Source: Candidatus Freyarchaeum deiterrae (GTDB lineage Archaea > Asgardarchaeota > Jordiarchaeia > Jordiarchaeales > Jordiarchaeaceae). From it: a DNA stretch of 64,000 bases. The translations under genes were made by a program, and so were the position numbers. The DNA is taken from positions 2,112,001-2,176,000 of the forward strand of contig CP147778.1 in assembly GCA_037305845.1 (NCBI GenBank). The letters are read 5' to 3'. Positions within the stretch are counted from its first letter, which is position 1. Each line of letters begins with the position of its first letter. Below are positions 30,200-40,451 of this stretch, piece by piece. The notes beneath the pieces were generated by a model, which saw only the letters and a list, made by a program, of their open reading frames with translations, did not search any database and had not been told where the DNA came from.

Positions 30200-31135
30200 A
30201 TGTCGCCAATAACAGGAAGGCTCTTTAATATCCAGCGGAATTCAACCGAGGATGGCCCAGGAATCCGTACAACAGTGTTCCTGAAGGGTTGCCCCATGCG
30301 CTGCCTCTGGTGCCAGAATCCCGAGGGTAAAAAGTCAACCCCGGAATTGGTCTGGTATAAAGTGCGCTGCATTGGAGCAAGCGACTGCCTGAGAGCCTGT
30401 CCTCAACATGCGCTGAAACTAACACCGGATGGAATGCTGGTTGACAGAACTCTGTGCGATGCATGCGGGAAGTGTGCTGAAGTCTGTCCTGCCAAGGCCC
30501 TTGAAGTCCTCGGAAAACAATATACGGTCGACGAGGTCGTCGAGATCGTGGTGCGGGATAAGATCTTCTACGAGAAATCGGGCGGCGGCATGACTTTGTC
30601 CGGTGGCGAGCCTTCGATGCAGGCAGCTTTCTGCCTGGCGCTGATGCAGGCGGTCGGCGATGAGGGAATTCATATCGCCATGGAGACTTGCCTCGGTACG
30701 AACTGGGAAGTCCTGCGGCCGTTGGTCGAGTCTGCGGATCTCATTCTTTTGGATCTAAAACTGATGGATGAAGCGAAGCATCGGGAGTACACCGGTGTTC
30801 CACTCGAACTCGTGCTCGCGAACGCACGTAGAGTGGCGGAGTTGGGTAAAGAAATCTGGGTGCGTACTCCAATCATTCCGGGATACACCGACAGCGAGAG
30901 CAACGTAAGAAGAATATCACGCTTCATTCTTGAGCATCTTCCCACAGTCACAAGGTATGACCTCCTTGCATTTAACAAACTATGTGTACCCAAATACGCC
31001 CGCCTCGGCCTGCCGTGGCAGCTAGAAGGGGTGGACATGGTCACGACGAAGACAATGGACACTCTGTCAGCGGTTGCCCGCGCCGAGGGGCTGGGAAACG
31101 TTCGCTGGTCCGGAATGACAAAACCAGACGAGTAA
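30200..31135 (+). CDS. Glycyl radical enzyme activating enzyme with ferredoxin insert
   Basis: DGPGIRTTVFLKGCPMRCLWCQNPE, two extra 4Fe-4S motifs, SGGEP. Confidence 0.95.
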   Translation: MSPITGRLFNIQRNSTEDGPGIRTTVFLKGCPMRCLWCQNPEGKKSTPELVWYKVRCIGASDCLRACPQHALKLTPDGMLVDRTLCDACGKCAEVCPAKALEVLGKQYTVDEVVEIVVRDKIFYEKSGGGMTLSGGEPSMQAAFCLALMQAVGDEGIHIAMETCLGTNWEVLRPLVESADLILLDLKLMDEAKHREYTGVPLELVLANARRVAELGKEIWVRTPIIPGYTDSESNVRRISRFILEHLPTVTRYDLLAFNKLCVPKYARLGLPWQLEGVDMVTTKTMDTLSAVARAEGLGNVRWSGMTKPDE

Positions 31136-31339
31136 GCGTGTAACCGCCGCTGCTGGAGCTTCGGTCGTCGCTATCTCACCATTTCTCAGAGACACGACGC
31201 TTCTTTGTTATCCAATATTATACGAATCATTATTATGCAACATAGCATTTTTTCACAAATATTTAAATAATAAGAGATATATATACTTAAAAAAAATCAG
31301 TTGTTTCAAAAATCAAAAAATTAGGAGGATTGTCAATTC

Positions 31340-32677
31340 ATGTCTAGCAAGGATGCAGAAACAATGTTAAAGGATTACGCTGACAAGGCTCGGGCTTCAA
31401 GGACGGGTTTCCAAAAATTCGTGGATGCCTTCACTTTTATTCCCATTACGATATACTTCATTATATCAGTTATACTAAATTATCCCGCAGGAATTCAGCT
31501 TGCTGGTGCAGAATTTGGGCTCAAGTTCCTTTTTAATGGCGTTGTTTTACCCTGGGCATTTGACTTGACTACTTATCAAACGGCAGCTCTACTAAATGCG
31601 TTGTTGTTCGTAAATCCTGTTCCCGCCACTTGGTATGCGGGTCTCTATACCGCAGCAGCTATTAGCATGGTTGTATCCGGAGCATTTTTTATATTCTATT
31701 TCATTTCTAGAGCAGTTGCATACAGGGAAGTCTATGATCTTGATGTTGGTCTTTTGGTCTTCTTTGTGTCTGGAATAGTTATAATGTTTTTATCTCATAC
31801 CATCGGCGCTCTCTACTACTATTACGCGGGTTTCTTGGTATACGCCCTTCTGGCAATTCCAGCCATAATATCAATAGCTGTTAAGAGGCCTTTCACTTTT
31901 CAGTATACCAAAAGACTTGTACTAAAAGAAGTCCAGAAAACGGATGTGTTTAAACGTATTAATTACGCTATCGGCGCTGCCTGGTCAGTAGTTTTCGCTG
32001 CCAACGCTGCTATAAGTTGGATAATACCGACTTTCATAGCCACTGGATGGTTGTGGTTCGCCCTATTTATTACTGTGCCGTTCTTCTTGATCTTTGGTGT
32101 GGCTTTCCAGACTCACTTTCCAGCATGGTACACTCGAAGATCGTTAATAGCACCGTTACAAAAGTCAAAAACCCCCATCAGCCGCATAACTAGAATATTT
32201 GGGGCGCTTATGATACTGTTTGGACTCTTTGGCTTTCTCTGGGGCTTCTTACACATGTCTACTGCAGGTGGGACCCTTAATATAGTTGAAGGTTTCTTGA
32301 TATCTCCTGTGATTGGGCTTGATGAAGCGGTTCTTATTACAGGTGCCGCCCAGATATCTTCTATAATTGTACTCTTGGAAACGATTGTTCCACTAATTCT
32401 AATGGTCGCGGGAGCGGGAGTTATTCTTGGCGGTAAATGGGGTTGGTACCTAGCGATAGGTGGACTAGTGTTTTACATTGGTCTGATATGGTTGGGTTGG
32501 GTTTTCCCTCCAAATATCGGTGTAATGGATTGGATAGGCACGCTTAACTACTTCTATACCACCTTCTCGTTCTATACGCCATACGAGCCGTTCTTCTTCG
32601 CAGCGGTACTATTTTCAGGCGTTTCTGCAACGTTCTTATGCCACCTATTACCCAAGCGAAACCAGTACATACTCTAA
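31340..32677 (+). CDS. Polytopic membrane protein, paralog 1 of a tandem triplet
   Basis: Many TM segments; shares ASRT.FQ.FVD.F, K.PFTFQ, KWGWYL and PKRN.Y.L with the next two genes. Confidence 0.8.
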   Translation: MSSKDAETMLKDYADKARASRTGFQKFVDAFTFIPITIYFIISVILNYPAGIQLAGAEFGLKFLFNGVVLPWAFDLTTYQTAALLNALLFVNPVPATWYAGLYTAAAISMVVSGAFFIFYFISRAVAYREVYDLDVGLLVFFVSGIVIMFLSHTIGALYYYYAGFLVYALLAIPAIISIAVKRPFTFQYTKRLVLKEVQKTDVFKRINYAIGAAWSVVFAANAAISWIIPTFIATGWLWFALFITVPFFLIFGVAFQTHFPAWYTRRSLIAPLQKSKTPISRITRIFGALMILFGLFGFLWGFLHMSTAGGTLNIVEGFLISPVIGLDEAVLITGAAQISSIIVLLETIVPLILMVAGAGVILGGKWGWYLAIGGLVFYIGLIWLGWVFPPNIGVMDWIGTLNYFYTTFSFYTPYEPFFFAAVLFSGVSATFLCHLLPKRNQYIL

Positions 32678-32836
32678 GAAAAATTCACAATACCCTATTA
32701 ACACCGGTACATCACTAGATTCGGAAGCTTCGGAATGCTTACTAACACCTCTCCCCTACTTTTTTTTATCACGCTGTTTCTCTACCATCACTATCTGCTC
32801 AAATAAATTTATAATTAAGTTTAGAAGAATAAACTT

Positions 32837-34069
32837 ATGTCTGCTACCGATGACGTAGACAAAATGATGAAGAAATACCGTGAAAAGGCTCTGGCTTCAA
32901 GAACAAGGTTTCAAAGATTCGTAGATATATTCACGATGGTTCCAATGCCTACCTATTTTGTACTGATGGCTCTGGGCCTTTTTTTAACAGGAATAAGACT
33001 TACCTCCCTCGACCTCACTCTGAGGTCCTATGTAATATTTAGTGGCTCTGATTTTCTGGCTGGTTTCCAGCAAAGCATTTTGATACATCTTTGGTTCATA
33101 CCCTCCATACCAGCCGTATGGAATACCTCACTCCTAGCTCCTGCGTCCATAAGCGTGTTAGTAGGTCTCGCCCTTTTTACAGTATATTTCGTTTCTAGAC
33201 GCTTAGCCTACAAAAAAACCTATTACATTGATTTGGGCTTTTTAGCCTTCTTTTTGCTCGGATTATTATTGATGTTCGTGTCTCCGAGCTTATTTGCTAC
33301 ACTCTACTACTATTACCCTGCTACCCTGCTATTTACTCTGCTGACAATTCCTTCCGCATTCTCAATATTTGCTAAGAAACCCTTTACCTTTCAACACGTT
33401 GAAAGAGTTTATCCCCCCTCAGTTAGGGAGATGGATATCTACAGAAAAATCCACTACCGAATCTCAACCTTCTTTGTTATAGTATTCGCTATCAGCGCTG
33501 CAGTTTTTTATTTCCGATTCTACCTTCCCACAGCTTCACCAGTGTTCACCGTCCTATTCTTCGTACCATTCTACTTCTTGGCGCTAGGTTGGGCTTTTAT
33601 GATTCATTTTGTAGGATGGTACCGCCGATTAGTACTCAAAACGCCCTTAGAAAAACCGTCAAGCCCTCTACCCCACCTAGTAACATTAGTCGGCGCATTA
33701 CTGATAATCTACGGGCAGTTAACCCTTATAGTTGGACTTTGGATGTCAACATCCGTAACATTCACAACCTTATCGTATGTTGTTGCCACAATTCTCATGG
33801 TCTCTGGAACCGGAATAATTATAGTTAGAAAGTGGGGCTGGTACCTCACAATTTTTGGGCTTCTTTCACATATTGTCCTGTTCTGGGCGGTTTGGGCTGC
33901 TGCGTCTTACAGTTTACCGGATTTGTTGGCCTCAATGGGTAGCTTCTACATTACCCTTTCCTTCTATCCCCCTACTGATATCCTGTTATTCCTAGCGTTA
34001 ATTTTTTCGAGCATTTCCTCGCTGTTACTATGCTACTTATTCCCAAAAAGGAACTACTACCTGCTCTAG
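32837..34069 (+). CDS. Polytopic membrane protein, paralog 2
   Basis: Collinear and highly similar to 34308-35537. Confidence 0.8.
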   Translation: MSATDDVDKMMKKYREKALASRTRFQRFVDIFTMVPMPTYFVLMALGLFLTGIRLTSLDLTLRSYVIFSGSDFLAGFQQSILIHLWFIPSIPAVWNTSLLAPASISVLVGLALFTVYFVSRRLAYKKTYYIDLGFLAFFLLGLLLMFVSPSLFATLYYYYPATLLFTLLTIPSAFSIFAKKPFTFQHVERVYPPSVREMDIYRKIHYRISTFFVIVFAISAAVFYFRFYLPTASPVFTVLFFVPFYFLALGWAFMIHFVGWYRRLVLKTPLEKPSSPLPHLVTLVGALLIIYGQLTLIVGLWMSTSVTFTTLSYVVATILMVSGTGIIIVRKWGWYLTIFGLLSHIVLFWAVWAAASYSLPDLLASMGSFYITLSFYPPTDILLFLALIFSSISSLLLCYLFPKRNYYLL

Positions 34070-34307
34070 AAAAAATAATAACTACTTTTTATTTTTAGGT
34101 TGGGGTTACTAGTCAGGTTTTTATCTAATCAAAATTTCAATAAAGAAAATGAACAGTATAGCAGGGCCAGAAACTACCCCGCTACTAATCCACAATACTT
34201 GAGCTATTGCCTTAATAGTAAAGTATATATATAATAAAAACAAACGAATTAAATTAAATATTATAATTATACTAATATAAATCAACGTTTAAGGGAAGCA
34301 CTAATTT

Positions 34308-35537
34308 ATGCCTGCTGAAAGCTTGGACAAAATGATGAAGAATTACCGCGAAAAGGCTTTGGCTTCAAGAACGAGATTCCAACGATTTGTAGATATCTTC
34401 GCAATGGTCCCCATAGCGACTTACTTTATAGTGATGTTTACCGGAGTTTTTACAACAGGAGCTAGACTTACCTCCCTTGACCTTACCTCGAGGTTCTTTG
34501 TGATGTTTAGCAGTTCTAACTTTTTGGCGGGTTTCCTGCAAAGCATTTTGATACATCTGTGGTTTATACCAACCACCCCCGCTATGTGGAACCCCTCCCT
34601 CTTGACTCCAGCGGCTATCAGCGTGTTAGTAGGTTTCGCATTATTTATAGTGTATTTCATTTCTAGAGGCTTAGCATATAAGCAAATCTTTTACACAGAT
34701 CTCGGTTTTTTGGCCTTCTTTTTGCTAGGATTAACTTTAATGTTCGTGGTTCCGAGCTTATTTACCACACTCTACTACTATTACCCCGCTACCTTGGTAT
34801 TCCTCCTATTGGCGATTCCCTCCCTGCTCTCAATAGTTGCTAAGAAACCCTTCACTTTCCAGCGCGCTGAAAGAGTTTACCCCTCATCCATAAAGGAACT
34901 AGATATTTACAAAAAAATCCATTACAGGATTGCTACCTTCTTTGCTGTAGTTTTCGTTATTAGCGCCGCAGTTTTTTATTTCCGGTTTTACATTCCTACC
35001 GCTTCACCAGTATTCACCGCCCTATTCTTCATACCGTTTTACTTTTTATTCCTAGCTTGGGCTTTCATGACTCATTTTCCAGGGTGGTACAGCCGAAGAT
35101 CACTGAAAACACCACTACAAAAGCCGCAAAACCCTCTACCACGCTTAGTAAAAATAGGTGGCGCATTACTGATAATCTACGGACTGTTGACCCTTGTAGC
35201 TGGTCTCTGGATGTCAGCACCCATAACATTCACAGCCTTAACGTGCGTTGTTGCCATAATTCTCATGGTCTCTGGAATCGGAATAATTCTCGTTAGGAAG
35301 TGGGGCTGGTACCTCACGATGGGCGGGCTTCTTTCTCATATTGTTCTGTTCTGGTTGGCTTGGGTTGCTATACCTTACAGTTTACCGGATTGGTTTTCCT
35401 CTATTGGTAGCTTCTATGTCACCCTTTCCTTCTATCCCCCTACTGACATCCTGTTATTCCTAGCGTTAATCTTTTCAGGCATTTCCTTGCTGTTCCTGTG
35501 CTACTTATTCCCAAAAAGAAACTACTACCTACTCTAG
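34308..35537 (+). CDS. Polytopic membrane protein, paralog 3
   Basis: Collinear and highly similar to 32837-34069. Confidence 0.8.
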   Translation: MPAESLDKMMKNYREKALASRTRFQRFVDIFAMVPIATYFIVMFTGVFTTGARLTSLDLTSRFFVMFSSSNFLAGFLQSILIHLWFIPTTPAMWNPSLLTPAAISVLVGFALFIVYFISRGLAYKQIFYTDLGFLAFFLLGLTLMFVVPSLFTTLYYYYPATLVFLLLAIPSLLSIVAKKPFTFQRAERVYPSSIKELDIYKKIHYRIATFFAVVFVISAAVFYFRFYIPTASPVFTALFFIPFYFLFLAWAFMTHFPGWYSRRSLKTPLQKPQNPLPRLVKIGGALLIIYGLLTLVAGLWMSAPITFTALTCVVAIILMVSGIGIILVRKWGWYLTMGGLLSHIVLFWLAWVAIPYSLPDWFSSIGSFYVTLSFYPPTDILLFLALIFSGISLLFLCYLFPKRNYYLL

Positions 35538-35671
35538 AAAAAATGCACAAATTTCTTTTTTTATTTTCAAGTTAGGTCACTAGTGAAGTTTTTATATCTC
35601 ATCTTTAGTTAATTAAATGCAAGCAGTCAGTCAGTCTGTTAATATACTATTACACTTATTAGTGGGGTGGT

Positions 35672-36808
35672 TTGTTGCCTTTAAAGATGCATAAAAATGA
35701 AACTATGACTCCCAGGGAAAGAATGGAAACCGTTTTGGATATAAAAGAACCTGACCGGGTGCCCGTGGTTGCTGCTTTCCACGCGGCTCAGGCTAGGTTA
35801 ACCGGGATGACCGTAGAGAATTTTTTCTTCGATGTACCAAAATCCTTCGAAGCGACCAAGAAGGTCTGGGAAACGTTTGGGGGCTTCGACCTTTACACCG
35901 GTTGCTCGCCAATACTCGGTTACTATATTCCCTGGCCCAACTCGCACAGTATGTTTTACTTCGATTGGACTCTTCCCAAAGGCAATACCCCTGAGCAGAT
36001 GCATGAGAAGGAGCTTATGAAGCGTAGCGACTATGACCTCATAATTGAGAAAGGCTTCGCCCCATTTAAGAGAAGACCTGAGCTGGAGAAAGATTTCATA
36101 AATTATGTGACGCAGTTCGCTTCTCTAAATACTGGTGATTGGCTTAGAGAAATGGATGTCTTTTCAATGTTTCATGGGGCTATAGAAGCTCCGGTGGATT
36201 TTATCTCTTTTCTGAGAAGTATAAGCAGATTTTTGATAGATGTTGTTGAGATTCCCGAAAAGGTGGTGGAGGCCTGTGAGGCAACAGTGGATGAGATGCT
36301 TTCAACCCTGGATGTGCAGCTCCAGTTCCTTGGAGGCGAGAAGGGCCCAAAAGTGGTTCTCTTCGGATTTTCACGCATCGCCACTAATCTTATTTCGCCC
36401 AAAAAATTCGAACTCTTCTGGCCTCACATCAAAAGAATCACTGAGGCTATAATAAATAAGGGGTGCATTGTGCAATTCCACTTGGACAATGACTATACGG
36501 ATGTTCTGGAATACTTCGCAGAATTTCCTAAGGGTAAAACCTGGTTCCACCTCGACCTAACAGATATCTTTAAAGCCAAAGAGATTCTGGGAGATAGAGC
36601 TTGCTTGATGGGAAACCTACCCCCACAGATTACCGGTTTAGGAACACCAAAAGAGGTAGAGGATTACTGCAGAAAACAGATAGAAGGCTGCATGGACGGT
36701 GGCGGCTATACACTGTGTTCTTCATGCGTTTTACCTGACGACATTCCAGCCGCGAATCTCAGGGCTATGAAAGAATCAGTGATGAAATACGGCTTCTATA
36801 GAGCCTAA
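35672..36808 (+). CDS. Uroporphyrinogen decarboxylase / MtaA-CmuA methyltransferase superfamily protein
   Basis: MTPRER..PDRVPV, ISPKKF, FHLD, CLMGNL, GGGYTL. Confidence 0.88.
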   Translation: MLPLKMHKNETMTPRERMETVLDIKEPDRVPVVAAFHAAQARLTGMTVENFFFDVPKSFEATKKVWETFGGFDLYTGCSPILGYYIPWPNSHSMFYFDWTLPKGNTPEQMHEKELMKRSDYDLIIEKGFAPFKRRPELEKDFINYVTQFASLNTGDWLREMDVFSMFHGAIEAPVDFISFLRSISRFLIDVVEIPEKVVEACEATVDEMLSTLDVQLQFLGGEKGPKVVLFGFSRIATNLISPKKFELFWPHIKRITEAIINKGCIVQFHLDNDYTDVLEYFAEFPKGKTWFHLDLTDIFKAKEILGDRACLMGNLPPQITGLGTPKEVEDYCRKQIEGCMDGGGYTLCSSCVLPDDIPAANLRAMKESVMKYGFYRA

Positions 36809-36867
36809 TTCAAAAACAATAAAGAAATTATATTAAAAAGTAATTGTAAATCATTGATTTTGGAGGC

Positions 36868-37593
36868 GTGTTGTTAGGGATGCTTTACCGTGATTCAGTT
36901 ATTAAAGCGCAGAAGCTGTATTATGAAATGATTCTAAAATCAGGATTTCCCATAAAGGGATTAAAACCCGAAGACTTGGAAGTGGCAGACTTCGGCTTGA
37001 GTGAAGGGGAGCTGGATCCTTTTAAAAGAATAGGACTCGGAATATACGTGCTAGTAAATCAGGCTGAATGCGGTAAGGTTCTATGCTTTCTTCCCAACCA
37101 GTACATGCCCGAACATCGCCACCGGTCAGTAATAGTTATGCCAAAAGGCTCAGAGAAAAAAGAAGGCTTTTTAGATTTGAGGAAAACTGTGAAAGGCTTT
37201 AGAGGCCTTGAGGGATATAGAGAGGGTGCAGTCTACTTGGTGCCGGAAAGAGAAAACATTCCACTTCCTAAAAACGGCATTCTTATCCCCGGGAAACAGG
37301 AGTATTTCCACACCGTTATGGGCACAGGTTCTATGTTCGTACCCGGAGAACCAACAGTTAACCCAACCTACAAAATACCGGAAGACCAGCGCCCGTATAC
37401 AGCAGTCTCACACGAAGTCTTTTTGGAACCCGGAGTAGGCCATCATCTTGCCGCTGACACGCCTCATAGCGTTGTAGCGGGACCCAAAGGTCTGCTAGTC
37501 ATAGAGTTTTCCCTAACAAGCAGAGATCCTCTGGATGTATTCACTAATCCGAACATAGAAAGAATTACTCGCATCGAGGAACGTCCAAAATAA
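36868..37593 (+). CDS. D-lyxose ketol-isomerase family cupin with an internal insertion
   Basis: LEVADFGL..IGL, CGK..PNQ.MPEHRH, PGKQE, H..AGPKG..EFS..SRD..D.FTNP. Confidence 0.85.
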   Translation: MLLGMLYRDSVIKAQKLYYEMILKSGFPIKGLKPEDLEVADFGLSEGELDPFKRIGLGIYVLVNQAECGKVLCFLPNQYMPEHRHRSVIVMPKGSEKKEGFLDLRKTVKGFRGLEGYREGAVYLVPERENIPLPKNGILIPGKQEYFHTVMGTGSMFVPGEPTVNPTYKIPEDQRPYTAVSHEVFLEPGVGHHLAADTPHSVVAGPKGLLVIEFSLTSRDPLDVFTNPNIERITRIEERPK

Positions 37594-37610
37594 TAAATGA
37601 GGGAATATTC

Positions 37611-40289
37611 GTGGAAAGAAGATATGACTCCATTCTGGTTTCTCATACCCACTGGGACAGGGAGTGGCACAAACCGTTTCAAACTTTCCGAGGATACATG
37701 GTCGAGATGATAGATCATCTTATAAACATAATGGAGAAAAACCCGGACTACAAACACTTCTTGCTAGACGGGCAATCAATTCTACTCCAAGACTACTTCG
37801 AGGTAAGACCCGAAAACAAGGAAAGGATTCGCGCACTGGTTAGTAACGGTCGACTCAGTGTTGGACCATTTTATGTTTTACCTGATATGTTTCTAGTTTC
37901 CGCGGAAGCACTGGTGCGGAATCTGCTACTTGGCATAATGGTTGCCGAAGAGTATGGAGGAGCGCAGAAAATCGGATATCAGCCAGATTGTTTCGGGCAA
38001 ATAGCTCAAACTCCTCAAATAATGAAGGGATTTGGTTTTGATGGATTCATTTTCTGGAGAGGTATAGGAAACGAGATTGACACTCTTCCAACAACTTTTC
38101 TGTGGGAAGCTCCTAGCGGAGACAGAATTCTAACTCATCAGATTTCGCTCGGCTACTTTAATGTAGGCGACCTTCCCAAAGATGTGGATGCTGCTGTAAA
38201 TCTCATTGAGAAAACCCAAAGCATGCTTGAAGACCGAAGTAACACACGTTTTCACTTACTACTCAATGGTCACGACCACGCCTCCCCCCAAGAACATATC
38301 CCTCAAATAGTAAAAATCTATAACAAAAAACACCCAGATGAACCCATAAGACACGGAAGTTTAACAGACTTTTTCAGTCAACTCGGAGATAATACTAAAG
38401 ACTTACCAGTGTACGTGGGAGAGTTCAGAGGAGCACGTACGTCCGCGCTTTTAGGAGGAGTCCTCTCTTCTCGCATGTACCTGAAACAAGCAAACAATAG
38501 ATGCCAGACAGAACTGGAAAACTATGCGGAGCCTTTCTCTACTTGGGCATGGATTCTGGGAAATAGTTACGATAGAGATTTCTTATGGCTGGCTTGGAAG
38601 TGGCTTCTTGAGAATCATCCTCACGATAGCATTTGCGGCTGTTCCGTCGATCAGATTCACAGAGAAATGGAGACTAGGTTCGCTTGGAGCAAGCAGATAG
38701 CCGAGTTCATCACCCGTAGAGCAATGGAACAGATCGCTTCAAGAGCAACTATTTCTGACAAGGAATTCAGCATAGCAGTCTTCAACCCTTCACCTTGGCC
38801 AAGAACCGGAGTTGTGGAATTCTTCTCAGAGCCTTTCCCACCTTTCACCTTTTCGAGCCAACACTTTACCTTTAATCCCTCCCTTCTCAAGAGCATGGAG
38901 TTCACACCAAACCGCAACTTTTGCGTTGTTGACCAAGAGGGTAAAGTCCTTCCCGTAGAAGTCTATCACAATCCAGATAAGTTCGGCTTCAGATTCTCCG
39001 AAAACACTCTGCCTCATGTCTTGAGATTTCTAGCCGAGAATGTTCCCGCTTGCGGATACAAAATACTATACCTGAGAGAAGAAAAAATTGAAAGTGTAGA
39101 ATCAACCCTCAAGTTTAATGTTAAGGAGAGAGTTATGGAGAATGAATATTTGAGGGTTAGTTTTAATCCAAACGGCACAATGAATATAACAGAACTCCAA
39201 AGCGGAGTAACCTTTTCGGGGTTACACGTGCTCGAGGATGTAGGAGACAATGGCGACGAGTATAATTACTCCAAACTTAAGGAGGATACAGTTTTCACCA
39301 GTGAGAACCTGAACGCTGAAATCTCCTTTGAGAAACACTCCGCGATGGTGGATGCGGTTGTAAAGATTGAAATGCTTCTCCCAAAAGGTTTAGAGGAGGG
39401 AAATCGCAACCGCCGTTCCAGTGAAAGAGAGCCCCTAAAAATAGTATCACGTATATCTATCCTCCCAGGCGCTAGGTTTGTTAACTGTAAAACAGAAATC
39501 GAAAACAATGCAAAGGATCATCGTCTAAGAGCTCTATTCCCGACAGCCATAACATCCGAGGTTGTCAACGCTGACGGCCACTTTGGAGTTGTTGAAAGAA
39601 GCTTGAAACTTCCTGATGAGACAAACTGGGTAGAAACACTAACTACTGCGAGCCACCAAAACCTTTTCGTGGATATAAACAATGGAGAAAAGGGTTTAGC
39701 TATAACAAACAAGGGATTGCCTGAGTACGAGATTTACGGAGAAAAAGATAGAACCATAGCTATAACTCTTGTCCGCTCAGTAGGCTGGCTGTCAAGAAAC
39801 ATGGACAACAATAACCGCAAAATGTTCGGAGGTCCATCCGTACCAACATCAGAAGCACAGTGCCAAGGCCGACTCACAGCCGAGTACGCAATAATTCCCC
39901 ACTCTGGAGACTGGGAAGAAGCACAAGTTCCGAGAGTAGCCCACGAATTCGCAAACGAACTAAGAACGGCGGAGGTTAAGAATCCGGACAACACGCTACC
40001 CGCTTCCATAAGCTTCCTAGAAGTTGAGCCCCCTTCAATAGTTCTGTCTGCCGTTAAAAAAGCTGAGAGAGAGGAAGCTTTGGTAGTCCGGATTTACAAC
40101 TCTGGAAAAACAACACAAAACGCAATATTGAACCTCTTTAAACCAGTGAGGTCAGCCAGCCTCACTAACTTCAGGGAAAATGAAACGACGGAGCAGATAC
40201 CAGTATTGATCGAGGGAAATAAAGTCACACTTGAAAGCATTCCACCAACAAAAGCAGTAACATTAAAGCTCCAGCTCAAGGAAGAGTGA
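37611..40289 (+). CDS. GH38 alpha-mannosidase
   Basis: SHTHWDREW, LDGQ, PDCFG, NGHDH, HPHDSICGCS, DHRLR, TLVRSVG. Confidence 0.95.
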   Translation: MERRYDSILVSHTHWDREWHKPFQTFRGYMVEMIDHLINIMEKNPDYKHFLLDGQSILLQDYFEVRPENKERIRALVSNGRLSVGPFYVLPDMFLVSAEALVRNLLLGIMVAEEYGGAQKIGYQPDCFGQIAQTPQIMKGFGFDGFIFWRGIGNEIDTLPTTFLWEAPSGDRILTHQISLGYFNVGDLPKDVDAAVNLIEKTQSMLEDRSNTRFHLLLNGHDHASPQEHIPQIVKIYNKKHPDEPIRHGSLTDFFSQLGDNTKDLPVYVGEFRGARTSALLGGVLSSRMYLKQANNRCQTELENYAEPFSTWAWILGNSYDRDFLWLAWKWLLENHPHDSICGCSVDQIHREMETRFAWSKQIAEFITRRAMEQIASRATISDKEFSIAVFNPSPWPRTGVVEFFSEPFPPFTFSSQHFTFNPSLLKSMEFTPNRNFCVVDQEGKVLPVEVYHNPDKFGFRFSENTLPHVLRFLAENVPACGYKILYLREEKIESVESTLKFNVKERVMENEYLRVSFNPNGTMNITELQSGVTFSGLHVLEDVGDNGDEYNYSKLKEDTVFTSENLNAEISFEKHSAMVDAVVKIEMLLPKGLEEGNRNRRSSEREPLKIVSRISILPGARFVNCKTEIENNAKDHRLRALFPTAITSEVVNADGHFGVVERSLKLPDETNWVETLTTASHQNLFVDINNGEKGLAITNKGLPEYEIYGEKDRTIAITLVRSVGWLSRNMDNNNRKMFGGPSVPTSEAQCQGRLTAEYAIIPHSGDWEEAQVPRVAHEFANELRTAEVKNPDNTLPASISFLEVEPPSIVLSAVKKAEREEALVVRIYNSGKTTQNAILNLFKPVRSASLTNFRENETTEQIPVLIEGNKVTLESIPPTKAVTLKLQLKEE

Positions 40290-40451
40290 TTCCTCTTGGA
40301 ATTCATTCCTGAATATAATACTGCTACTCTTTCTAAGAAAGATAGTGGTAAAAGGAATTTCCATTCCTCTTTTCTACATTACCTATCTCGTTTGTAATGA
40401 CAATAGGCTTCTGTTAGCATTTGAACCACAACAAAACCACTTTTTAACAAT

